Below, one piece after another: positions 34,272 through 43,449 of a DNA stretch of 64,000 nucleotides (positions are counted from its first letter, which is position 1; every line of letters starts with the position of its first letter). The notes beneath the pieces are model-generated. The model saw only the letters and a list, made by a program, of their open reading frames with translations, did no database searches and had not been told where the DNA came from. Position numbers and translations under genes: made by a program. Origin of the DNA: a virus. Location of the stretch: IMG/VR virus record IMGVR_UViG_3300029922_000003; one strand, written 5' to 3'.

Positions 34272-35630
34272 TTACAGACTGAAGTCTTCGTCAAAAGTGA
34301 AGTCATTAAATGCCTCAATCAACGCCTCACGGAATTCATCCGAGATGATGCTGGTTGGGATAACGAAGAATTTCTTCGTCAAATCAAGAACCGAAGGGTT
34401 CGACTGATTGTTGGGGAATACAAAGTAATCCCCAGTCGCCCTAATTCCCCAGGTATTTTCCTGGAAGTAAGCAGTAACCGGAATTACATCATCCTCACTA
34501 TTAACTATGTCTGCGATATTTTTCTCCTCATCATCGACCCACTCATCCTGATCGTTATATTGTCCGTCAGGGTACCTATCAGATCTTGGTTTCTTACCAA
34601 TACTGATGGTGATCCCTGTCTTGAATCCAGGAGTCGTCATGTCACTGGTGGTGCCTGTGGAGATTGTGACAGTCTTATCTTCAATAATAGCTTTTCTCAT
34701 TGATTCGAGCACTTCCTCAAATGTTTCAGAATCTCGAACAAGGAAGTCTTTGACATCTAGTTCGAGATTGTGCTCTTTAATGGCCTTGAAGAAAGCAGCA
34801 TCTTTGACGGATGATGTCTCTTCAAGGTGATAGCTGTAGTTTCCCATATCTTTCTTTTCGGTCTTGTATGGTCGGAACAACCCGACAACTAGACACCCTG
34901 GATACTTGGCTTGCAAAGAGTCAACTTCGACAAAGAAGTCATCTTCATTGACATCAACTACATCCTGGGCTGGGACAACTGCCCCAACGAGTGGATTCAG
35001 CTCTGTGGCTGGAACAACTTGTGCGGCAAGTGGATTTGCCGGAATAACTTGTGCTGCTAGCGGATTTGGATTCACTGGTGTTGGTGTTGGAGTTGGTGTT
35101 GGAGTTGGTGTTGGGGTTGGTGCTTGGGTTACCACCCTGTTTTCCTGCCAGTCCAATGACCTTGCGGGGACAATAGGCCCGTTGATGTTTACTTCCTGGA
35201 GGATAGTAGTGGCTTTGGGGACCACCTTCTTTGCGGCCCAATCAAACTCGACTGGCTGGACTGCACCAACGAGACCACTAACAACCGACTCAATTTCCTC
35301 TGAATCAACATATGGTGAAACGAAGTCAGGTGCAACAGTAGAGAAGTCGTACGAACTACTCGCAACAATAGACCCAATCACTGCGTACAGGTTGTTGTTC
35401 CGCAAGATCGACTCAGTCACATTGATGTGCTGTGCCAATAGCCCACTCTCAATAGAAGCGAGTGCAACTGCATCAATACCAGGAAATGCAGCAAGGAACG
35501 TTTTTGTTTTTACATCTTCGATTTCGAGTGGAGTCTGGATCGCAGGGAACTCTCGACCAAGCGAGATATATGCAGACCTTGCCTCTCTAACAAGCTTATC
35601 GATGATAAAAATTTGTATAGATTTTAACAT
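34272..35630 (-). CDS. Hypothetical acidic protein with (PT)n / NPLAAQV linker
   Basis: 452 aa; directly downstream of the JAB gene. Confidence 0.75.
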   Translation of the reverse strand: MLKSIQIFIIDKLVREARSAYISLGREFPAIQTPLEIEDVKTKTFLAAFPGIDAVALASIESGLLAQHINVTESILRNNNLYAVIGSIVASSSYDFSTVAPDFVSPYVDSEEIESVVSGLVGAVQPVEFDWAAKKVVPKATTILQEVNINGPIVPARSLDWQENRVVTQAPTPTPTPTPTPTPTPVNPNPLAAQVIPANPLAAQVVPATELNPLVGAVVPAQDVVDVNEDDFFVEVDSLQAKYPGCLVVGLFRPYKTEKKDMGNYSYHLEETSSVKDAAFFKAIKEHNLELDVKDFLVRDSETFEEVLESMRKAIIEDKTVTISTGTTSDMTTPGFKTGITISIGKKPRSDRYPDGQYNDQDEWVDDEEKNIADIVNSEDDVIPVTAYFQENTWGIRATGDYFVFPNNQSNPSVLDLTKKFFVIPTSIISDEFREALIEAFNDFTFDEDFSL

Positions 35631-35744
35631 TTGTTTTTTGTTTTTGTTTAGTTTTTAAAAATCGAAGTAAGGACCTACCATCTCTGGTAGGTCCATACAA
35701 CAAGACCGCCCTGATATATGTTATATCAAGATTTCTAAACTATA

Positions 35745-36956
35745 TTATTCTCCGGCATACCCCATCATGATATCTTCCATGGAGGCTCCATTTTCTATCC
35801 CACTAGCAATCCTCCGGCCCTTAATCCATTCCTCAAGATTCAAGATCATGCATGCCTCGGATATATTGTATACCGAGAAGATATTGGTCTGCATATCAAT
35901 GATGACATTCAGCTCAGAGCTAGTAAGATTCCCATCTGCTTTAGATAGAATGTTCTTGAGATTGAGTTGAGTTATCTTGTGCCTTGCCGCGACCTTGTTT
36001 ACCTGTGGTTCTATCAGAGACTGATTAACCGGCATCAGCGCCGACGAAGCAGCTGTCGAACGCCCCGCCCTTTCTCGCTTTTTTTTTGAACTGTTTGACT
36101 TACCCCCACGGTTCCAATAGTCGGATCCTTGATGGTGAGCCCCGGTACCGTGATGGGGCAACCCCATGTACGGATGACGTTGAGCATATGGCACAATCAC
36201 CCTAGGCGTGAGGGCCTTGGGGATGCGGTTCTCAACCCAGCGCTTTACCAGCTCTTGATCAACCAACTCCTCACTGGGAGTATTGATCAAGAAATCAAAG
36301 GCAAAGGTCCTGATCTCTGGTGGAGCATTTTCTGATACGAAACAGTTAGGAACCTCAACGAAGTCGCGAAGATCCGGCTTGGATTGATACACCCTTGCCT
36401 TCACAGCCGTCTCCTTGCCTTCACCATCAAACTCAAGAGATCCAGGCAGAATGACAGTAAACCGAGCATGAAGATCAATCTTCGGCCCAGACACCGTTCC
36501 CATGGTGATATGGATACCAGCTGAGTTATCTTCGTCGGTCTTGTCCGTCCCGCTCTGAAACGCTGTAGCGTTGCAATGACTATGGGCAGTTCCCCACTGA
36601 TGGAAACCACCGGCCAGCATCTCGTTCATGTCAGTCTGGAACCTCTCATGGTCTGGCAACTCCTTGGTCGTCATCCCAGTGTTCATCTCCTGAGGGAAGG
36701 CGTGAGCCTTCCACATCCGAGTTGTTTTGTTGTAAAACAAACGAACCTGAGCTTCGGATTTTTCAGTATCATTTATCTTCTTGAAGAAGAACGCAATGGT
36801 GCGCCACAGAGACAGGGACATCTTCCCAGTCTTGAGTCGTAGCAATGGCTCGCTCTTCAGCTCGGTAAACTCAACAGGAGTATACACAGATATTTCTTCC
36901 GTCAGGCTCCTCAAGTAAAGAGGCTTATTGTTGTGGATATACAGTCTTTCGGACAT
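35745..36956 (-). CDS. Prokaryotic JAB/MPN metalloprotease (Ubl peptidase) with C-terminal extension
   Basis: SEAQVRLFY (Glu), WGTAHSHCNATAFQSGTDKTDE (HxH..S..D), GIHITMG. Confidence 0.85.
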   Translation of the reverse strand: MSERLYIHNNKPLYLRSLTEEISVYTPVEFTELKSEPLLRLKTGKMSLSLWRTIAFFFKKINDTEKSEAQVRLFYNKTTRMWKAHAFPQEMNTGMTTKELPDHERFQTDMNEMLAGGFHQWGTAHSHCNATAFQSGTDKTDEDNSAGIHITMGTVSGPKIDLHARFTVILPGSLEFDGEGKETAVKARVYQSKPDLRDFVEVPNCFVSENAPPEIRTFAFDFLINTPSEELVDQELVKRWVENRIPKALTPRVIVPYAQRHPYMGLPHHGTGAHHQGSDYWNRGGKSNSSKKKRERAGRSTAASSALMPVNQSLIEPQVNKVAARHKITQLNLKNILSKADGNLTSSELNVIIDMQTNIFSVYNISEACMILNLEEWIKGRRIASGIENGASMEDIMMGYAGE

Positions 36957-36963
36957 AGTATTG

Positions 36964-38577
36964 TTATCTTTTGATTATGAGTGACTTTTTATCCAAGACA
37001 AAATCTACTCTCTGAATAGACTCTTCTTGGGGCGACGATGGATCTTCTTCCTCAAACATGCTTCGAGAAAATATTTCCTTTCTTTGTATAAATGCCTCAA
37101 TCAATCCCTTGGATATGTTTGAGGGTTGATTGGCGATAGCCGAAGGAACTTCCACCATTATGGCGGTTTTGATCTTGGCTTTTGATGTCCTCTTGATTGT
37201 GGACACAAAAGTCCCAGAGCACTCAACTTTGACTTTCTTAAATAGACCCTTTGCTGTTTTGGGGTCCATCTGAAGATGAGACAATGTTCTATCGTAGTTG
37301 TCACTACTTGGACGGTAGCAATGAAGTCCAAACCCCCCTAGTATACTTGATATGTTACCTGAACCAAGTTCGACAAACTGGTTATCCCAGTAAAGTGGAA
37401 CCTGATCCTCAGCAGCACGAATAGCTGCTTGCCATATAGACATCATTGTTGAACCACTGTGCAGTGATACACTAATTGATGGGGTTTTGGACACCAGCCT
37501 GTCGGCAAACTCAATGACGTTTTTCATCGTCTTGTGTTCACTTGACTGCAATAGGTTGGTCTTTACGGGACCCAGGATCTCAGAGCCGAACTCGTTACAG
37601 AGCATTTTCATGATCTGTCCTCGTACAGTTCCGTAGGTTGAATCCTTGACACCAACCGACTTGATGCTCTTTTGAGCAACTCGAATAGTGTCACTCTCCA
37701 TCATTTTGGATACTGTTTTATGTACCTCGATCTCCTCACCCGATGTTTGAAACACAACTGCCCTCTCGTTGGATCCACCACTTTTTGTTGCTGCAACCTC
37801 AACAAGACTGAAGTCCATAACACCATCTTTGGTCTTAGATGTCTTAACGCTGCAGGTAGTCCATTTTTGATTGTTCCAAAACCACACCACTGAACCAATA
37901 GGTAGAATAAATAATCCCAAGAGACTTTTATTAACCGTATGTTTTGAGTCGATAAAGATATTACTTATATCGAAATTGGCCATGTTCACGTTGTCCTCAA
38001 TTGTCATAACAGTAGGAGTTGAGGTATCTCCGTCAGCAAGACGAATAAACTCAACCTGAATATTGTTATTGGTCGGGTCAAACAGTGAAGACCGTCCACC
38101 ACCACGAGAGCTCCTGGTACGACGACCAACGCTCAAGAACTTGCCCTTGGGAAGGCTGTAGTTAGACCCGCAAACCGTCTTGCATGCCTTTGTTACCTCA
38201 AATGGAATGAATGGAATATCCGCCATGTATGACAGAATCTTTCCATCAATTACTGGATTGAAGTACCCCATAGGGGTCATGTGACTGAATATCTTTTCGT
38301 ACGCTTCAGGTACGATAGGATATCCACATGCCGTCATGTCAAATGGGACGCAATCTGCACCAGGGTGTCCTTCTAGTAAGAGCGCCCCCGCAAAATTACC
38401 CACAAATATATTTCTCTGTGGATTGAGACCCCATCTAACCAACTGGGCCCTACGATCAGACAACATCGAAGACCGATACGATGTATTTTTGAAGTAGTGA
38501 TATGGAGCTATTGGGAAGAACGGCTTATCCACTTGCTCTTCCGATGCTGGTATTGATTGTTCTGGTGTTTGTTCCAT
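36964..38577 (-). CDS. Hypothetical protein inside the Ubl operon
   Basis: 537 aa; abuts E1 (0-nt gap) and JAB (7-nt gap). Confidence 0.8.
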   Translation of the reverse strand: MEQTPEQSIPASEEQVDKPFFPIAPYHYFKNTSYRSSMLSDRRAQLVRWGLNPQRNIFVGNFAGALLLEGHPGADCVPFDMTACGYPIVPEAYEKIFSHMTPMGYFNPVIDGKILSYMADIPFIPFEVTKACKTVCGSNYSLPKGKFLSVGRRTRSSRGGGRSSLFDPTNNNIQVEFIRLADGDTSTPTVMTIEDNVNMANFDISNIFIDSKHTVNKSLLGLFILPIGSVVWFWNNQKWTTCSVKTSKTKDGVMDFSLVEVAATKSGGSNERAVVFQTSGEEIEVHKTVSKMMESDTIRVAQKSIKSVGVKDSTYGTVRGQIMKMLCNEFGSEILGPVKTNLLQSSEHKTMKNVIEFADRLVSKTPSISVSLHSGSTMMSIWQAAIRAAEDQVPLYWDNQFVELGSGNISSILGGFGLHCYRPSSDNYDRTLSHLQMDPKTAKGLFKKVKVECSGTFVSTIKRTSKAKIKTAIMVEVPSAIANQPSNISKGLIEAFIQRKEIFSRSMFEEEDPSSPQEESIQRVDFVLDKKSLIIKR

Positions 38578-39291
38578 TTATTCCTTTAGGTCTCCAACCA
38601 TCTTTGTCGCATAGCGCATGTCGGTGTTGCTTATCTCAACCGGCCAGAAGTCGTATGACTGCTCGGGGTCAAGTTCTTTGTACTCAGTGGTCCAGAAGTT
38701 CCACAAGAGTAGTGTGTGTGCTCCGGCAAAGTAATTTGCCAGTGATGTTTGTGGAATCTCTTCCAGGTGCTCTTCGGTATTGCACCCAGCCGCATGGACA
38801 GGTGAACCGCGCTCAGTAGTAAGTATCTCAGGATATCGCACTCGCGGATCCAGAGTAGTCCCCTCCCACTTGTGGTCGTAATAATACGAGCTGGCAGATA
38901 TCCGACCATTGGCTCCAATGAAGCACTTTGCCTCATGACGATCAACAATTGATAGGATGTCTTTTCGAGCCGGATGATTGTCGACAAACGCAATGACAAC
39001 AGAACCATCCTTAATGGGGAATGATCCAGTCACATATTCGGAATGTGTCTTGAGATTGATGTTGGGGTGACTTTCACCAAGAACCGACATCAAGGCCTCT
39101 GCCTTGTTCATTCCCGTCAATCCGCTGGCGAAGAGCTGACGCTCATAATTCCTGTCCTCGATTGTATCGCCATCAACTAGGGTTACTGTTGACCCCTTAA
39201 ACTCCTTGGAGTAATTGAGGGTCTTGAGGAATGCTGGCAAGAAATAGCTGCATACCCCTCCACATCCGATGACGTAGTAGTTCTGTTTCAT
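38578..39291 (-). CDS. E1-like ThiF/MoeB-family activating enzyme
   Basis: VIGCGGVCS, LVDGDTIEDRNYERQLF, NKAEAL, VDNHPAR, candidate catalytic Cys in AGCNT, QTSLAN. Confidence 0.9.
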   Translation of the reverse strand: MKQNYYVIGCGGVCSYFLPAFLKTLNYSKEFKGSTVTLVDGDTIEDRNYERQLFASGLTGMNKAEALMSVLGESHPNINLKTHSEYVTGSFPIKDGSVVIAFVDNHPARKDILSIVDRHEAKCFIGANGRISASSYYYDHKWEGTTLDPRVRYPEILTTERGSPVHAAGCNTEEHLEEIPQTSLANYFAGAHTLLLWNFWTTEYKELDPEQSYDFWPVEISNTDMRYATKMVGDLKE

Positions 39292-39391
39292 ATTTTGATT
39301 AATTGTTTTTTGGTTGATTTTTGTTTATCTAAGAAATGGTCAGTGCCGACTTTTCGGCACTGACCCATTTAACTTTCAGTTAGTGCGTATA

Positions 39392-40498
39392 CTATTCGTT
39401 TATTGCGCGTACGCGCCTACGAACTGTATTCCGAACTGCCTGCTGCACATCTGGAACATCAGCTACTGGAGCTGGAGTATCACCCACTGCCAGATTGTTA
39501 TCAGCAGTAATGAACAGGTTGTGATCAGTAGGGGTAAACACTATGTGGTCATCTCCCTGATTAACTCCAAAGAATTGATTACCAACAGCTGGTGTATGCC
39601 ACAATCCAGCGGCACCTGCACCATCAGTAACCTGAACCACCGTAGTACCAACAGCTGGTGGTGTAACAATCTGATCCACAGCCTCAGGTGTACGAATTTC
39701 ACCAAATCCTGTAATCGCACCTTCGCCAACAGCTGGAGTTTCATTGGCCATGGTAGCGCGAGGAACTTCTCCCGCCTCTGCTGCCTCTGCTGCCGTGGGA
39801 GCGGGAGGAGGGGTAGTAGGAGCTGCCGTAGGAAGATTCTCAAAGTCAGCTGGATCCATATCGACGAATCCATCTGTAACCTGAGGAGCACCACGATTAG
39901 GTGCAGGTGTTGGCTCAGCTATATCCGCCCAATTTACTTCAGCCCCAATTCCACCAATAATTGGTGCAATGGGAACTTGTTGACGTGGAGTTGTAGGCTG
40001 ATAGGCAGCTGGGGCAACAACTGGAACAACTGCTGGAGTAGCCTGCTGCGCCACTGGAGTATTGAATGCATCAGCTGGGAAAACTCCCGTAAGGGGTTGT
40101 TCCTCCACTCGAACCTCTGGTAGGGCTTGTGGTACAGGAGCCTGTTGTGGCTCCTGCTGTCGAGGCATCTCTGCAATGAATCGCAAAGCCCAAGGAGAAT
40201 CTTCTCCTCTGGAAACCTCTGCTTCCAGCTTTTTAACAACTGCATCGAATATTTGGCACTGGAATTGACCAATCTCAAAGGACTCGGATAGCTCCTTAGA
40301 TATAAAACTTCGGTCCCGCCTATCCGCTTTTTGTTCTGCAGTAAGTGGGAATATTTTCAGCTCCCCTCCATTTTTTTTGAGATAACTAAAGTCGTCAAGA
40401 AGAGACAACATCCTGGACCGACGAGTAGCTCCGAAAATAGTTTCGGAACTGACAGGCAATCCAGGCAACTCCAACATTTCTTGGAATAAGGATTTCAT
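39392..40498 (-). CDS. Hypothetical protein with P/A/T/Q-rich linker inside the Ubl operon
   Basis: 368 aa between E2 and E1. Confidence 0.75.
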   Translation of the reverse strand: MKSLFQEMLELPGLPVSSETIFGATRRSRMLSLLDDFSYLKKNGGELKIFPLTAEQKADRRDRSFISKELSESFEIGQFQCQIFDAVVKKLEAEVSRGEDSPWALRFIAEMPRQQEPQQAPVPQALPEVRVEEQPLTGVFPADAFNTPVAQQATPAVVPVVAPAAYQPTTPRQQVPIAPIIGGIGAEVNWADIAEPTPAPNRGAPQVTDGFVDMDPADFENLPTAAPTTPPPAPTAAEAAEAGEVPRATMANETPAVGEGAITGFGEIRTPEAVDQIVTPPAVGTTVVQVTDGAGAAGLWHTPAVGNQFFGVNQGDDHIVFTPTDHNLFITADNNLAVGDTPAPVADVPDVQQAVRNTVRRRVRAINE

Positions 40499-40507
40499 GT
40501 ATGTGTA

Positions 40508-41317
40508 TTACCAACCAACTGTGGCGTATGGAAGGCCATCAAGATAGTAGTTTCCAACTTTGACGGTGAGGATTGTTTTGGCGGACTTGATGGGAGCAAC
40601 CTGCTTCTTTTCTCTGTTCCACCCAATTAGCTGGTCTGCCAACTCGATGCGATTTGCACCTTGAGTGATCAGATCCGAATTCATGCGGCTCTCAAAGAAT
40701 GACTTGAGGGTACGCTGGATTTCTTCATCCGAGGTTTTGACAGGATTGGTGTACTTATCAAAGGCACTACCCATGCAAACCCTGGCGTCAGCGAAGACGT
40801 TTGGGATACACGGCAAGAAGTTGCCCATAATTAACCCCGCTTTCACATCAAAAAGTTGGAAGCAGAAATATGCATTGATTTCGTAATTGCCTGACCCCCC
40901 TGGAGTAAGAGAGATAGCAACCAAGAACCGAACCTTGCAATCCGAAGTACTGAGAGATTCCGATGAGCAGTAAATCCTATCCTGGAATGCGTCAGTTGCT
41001 GAGCGAGTAAAATCAGCGATCAATCGAGGGGTTCCACTGTGTTCCACAATCTGGAAGGAGGTATCAAAGACAATCCCAGGAATATATCCCCAGTAGACAG
41101 CTTCGTTCTTCTTCGTAATGGACAGGTGGAATGGCACCCTTTTGTACTGTACGCCTGATGATCCAACTGATTCTGCAACCTCAAAAGTCGTATGCTTTTT
41201 GATGGTTGAGAACGACTGATTTGAGACTCGTTCGATGATCTCACTAACATTTTGTAGAGCGAATGGCTCCATACGGTATGCGACACCGTCTTCGTTAAGG
41301 ATAATAAGAGGTTTCAT
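40508..41317 (-). CDS. Prokaryotic E2 family D-like (PRTRC protein B-like) conjugating enzyme
   Basis: LPCIPNVFADARVCMG (PN...xC.G catalytic Cys loop) and FFESRMNSDL. Confidence 0.75.
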   Translation of the reverse strand: MKPLIILNEDGVAYRMEPFALQNVSEIIERVSNQSFSTIKKHTTFEVAESVGSSGVQYKRVPFHLSITKKNEAVYWGYIPGIVFDTSFQIVEHSGTPRLIADFTRSATDAFQDRIYCSSESLSTSDCKVRFLVAISLTPGGSGNYEINAYFCFQLFDVKAGLIMGNFLPCIPNVFADARVCMGSAFDKYTNPVKTSDEEIQRTLKSFFESRMNSDLITQGANRIELADQLIGWNREKKQVAPIKSAKTILTVKVGNYYLDGLPYATVGW

Positions 41318-41364
41318 GTGTTTTGAAGAACTTGTGGGATATAAAAAAAATAAATGTCTAAGAT

Positions 41365-41398
41365 ATCCCCCAATCTCGGCGCAACGAGATTGGGGGAT
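41365..41398 (-). terminator. 14-bp hairpin between Ubl and E2 (terminator or mRNA stabiliser)
   Basis: ATCCCCCAATCTCG / CGAGATTGGGGGAT perfect arms; T-run about 15 nt downstream. Confidence 0.55.
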
Positions 41399-41415
41399 AA
41401 AATTAGCCTACGAGA

Positions 41416-41661
41416 CTAGGCGGAAGCCTTCTCGTGTGCCTTGTGCTGAACGTTAACGACATCGCCGTCAGAGATGACAGTATTGTCGCTTGCGCGGGAG
41501 CCGTTGAGGACGAACTCCACGTTCTCGTTGCTGTAGCCGAGGGCTGCAGAAACGTTGCGGTTGGCACGAATGCAGCTCAGAGTGGACCCCACAGGGAGAC
41601 CATTGATTGGGAGCTGGTTGCCTCCGAAGGAGACAGTGATACGAATGTTACCGTTTGCCAT
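41416..41661 (-). CDS. Ubiquitin-like (beta-grasp) protein
   Basis: 81 aa; ITVSFG strand, GSTL..I....NV..ALG helix, FVLNG, ISDGDVVNV; ends HEKASA; first gene of the E2/E1/JAB run. Confidence 0.8.
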   Translation of the reverse strand: MANGNIRITVSFGGNQLPINGLPVGSTLSCIRANRNVSAALGYSNENVEFVLNGSRASDNTVISDGDVVNVQHKAHEKASA

Positions 41662-41806
41662 AATGTGTATATTATGTTTGCTACCTGGACGCCAGGAGCC
41701 AGCGTTAGTTTTTAATCAAGAACCACAACTAGGCGCTTTCTATAGAAAGGCGCTTAGCCGGCATAACCCCGTAAAAGGTTACACCGGCTGTAGCGCATCT
41801 CCGTAG

Positions 41807-42274
41807 TCAACGCACAACAACACTCTGTATAGGATGGTTCGTGGTCTTGATGACCAGGGACGCTTGCTTGGTGAGGATCTTTTTAGGAAACTCATCCAAG
41901 TGCCTTTTAGGACTGAGGGTGTTGAAAGTCTCGCCCAGATTCTGGATACGAGAGTTTCTACGCCTTGTGTTCTGATTAAAAATACTGGCCTTCGCTAGCA
42001 AATGAGGAATTATCTGGTTATGATCTGAGGTGGCTTCAATTTTGACAGTGAACGCTACAATCGCGTCGGTATCAATCACGTCAATGGTCTCCTGAGAGCC
42101 AAAAAGGATTGTTACATCCCTGGTCTCTACAGCAGGCTCTGCCTCGTCCTGATCATTTGCAAGATTCGCAATATAATTACGAACCTCTGCTAAAATTCTT
42201 TCTTTCTCTGCTCCGTCCTGGACTGAAGCAGTCAAGACTGTATCTAACTCCTCTACACTAATCTTCTTTGCCAT
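41807..42274 (-). CDS. Hypothetical protein
   Basis: 155-aa ORF upstream of Ubl. Confidence 0.7.
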   Translation of the reverse strand: MAKKISVEELDTVLTASVQDGAEKERILAEVRNYIANLANDQDEAEPAVETRDVTILFGSQETIDVIDTDAIVAFTVKIEATSDHNQIIPHLLAKASIFNQNTRRRNSRIQNLGETFNTLSPKRHLDEFPKKILTKQASLVIKTTNHPIQSVVVR

Positions 42275-42299
42275 ACTGAACTTTCTACTAAACTAACAT

Positions 42300-42697
42300 G
42301 GGCAATATCTGAGCGGCCTTTGCCGCTTATTTTGTAGTAATAGTTTTGTGCACTGAATGGTAACAGGATGATCCGGCCCCTGCCTCTGTCCTGAAGAAAC
42401 CTGCAGCTCGCAAAGGGACTCGGTCACTTACTATTTGTGGATGGTTTCACCACAGCCTTGCGGCACTACAAAAAGGCAATTTGGTAGGGTGGGACGTTAC
42501 TTCCCACGATTATCTGCGTTTCGGTATACTCTCATTTCTAACCGGACTGGTACTCCAGTATTTCCTTGTAGAGTATTTTAAGGTCTAAGCTTTATCAGTG
42601 CCTTGCTAAATACCTGATTCAAAGTCCTAAATTTGGGGCCCTAGGATTATCTTTGAAACTAACCTTTATGTTCTACGATTTCACACCGCCTACCAAA
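42300..42697 (-). ncRNA. Unclassified structured intergenic RNA candidate
   Basis: About 430 bp without an ORF; long-range helix 42480-42488/42689-42697 plus several hairpins with GNRA-like loops. Confidence 0.5.
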
Positions 42698-42702
42698 ATC
42701 AA

Positions 42703-43449
42703 CTAAATGTTTTTGAAGACCGATAATGGCTGCCAATAGTCGTCACCAGCACTAACCTCATATTTGTCCGAACGGATGAGACTTAGTACATCGTGTCTAA
42801 CATTATTAAATAACAACCCCTCGGGACGGCCTGAAGTTAAATCAAGGACAATTTCTGTTACAAGCCACGCAGTAGACTTGTCTCGCTTGAGTCGAATCCA
42901 AGTCATTGTTGGAGTGAACCAATCATCAGTTTTTGAACTCAGTGGGTTCTTGTACTTACGCTTGGTGCGGTAAGTGGTTAAACCGTTCTTGCCAGCAAGG
43001 GCACTGCCTAGGTGACGCGTTCTCCAAACACCGGAGTCGTAAAATTCAAGATCGCCAATGAAGCATTGTGAGACCTTACCTAGCTCGATTGCAATCTGTT
43101 CATTCTTTGTCAATAAACGATATCCCGCTGCAGTATTGATCTGCTCGGGAGAGAGGCGACCTGGGTTTAGCCAAGTGTCTTTCGGTTCGATGTCAGCGAG
43201 TGCTGGATACACCACACGGCGAACCGGCTCGATTTGATAGGTCTGCTCCTGTCCCGAAATCGGGATTCTAAAGAAGTTCTGACGAACATGTTCGTCTGTT
43301 ACTTCTGTGCATGGGAAGTCGAACCAAGTATTATCCTGAGAGGATCTTGGGCGGAACTGAACTCCATGCTGTCTGCTTGCTGATACTGCTGAGATGACTT
43401 TGAATTTGTCCTCAATGCTGTTTTGTGGGTCGAGTACTAAGTACGACAT
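42703..43449 (-). CDS. Hypothetical protein
   Basis: 248-aa ORF, AAGGA upstream. Confidence 0.7.
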   Translation of the reverse strand: MSYLVLDPQNSIEDKFKVISAVSASRQHGVQFRPRSSQDNTWFDFPCTEVTDEHVRQNFFRIPISGQEQTYQIEPVRRVVYPALADIEPKDTWLNPGRLSPEQINTAAGYRLLTKNEQIAIELGKVSQCFIGDLEFYDSGVWRTRHLGSALAGKNGLTTYRTKRKYKNPLSSKTDDWFTPTMTWIRLKRDKSTAWLVTEIVLDLTSGRPEGLLFNNVRHDVLSLIRSDKYEVSAGDDYWQPLSVFKNI

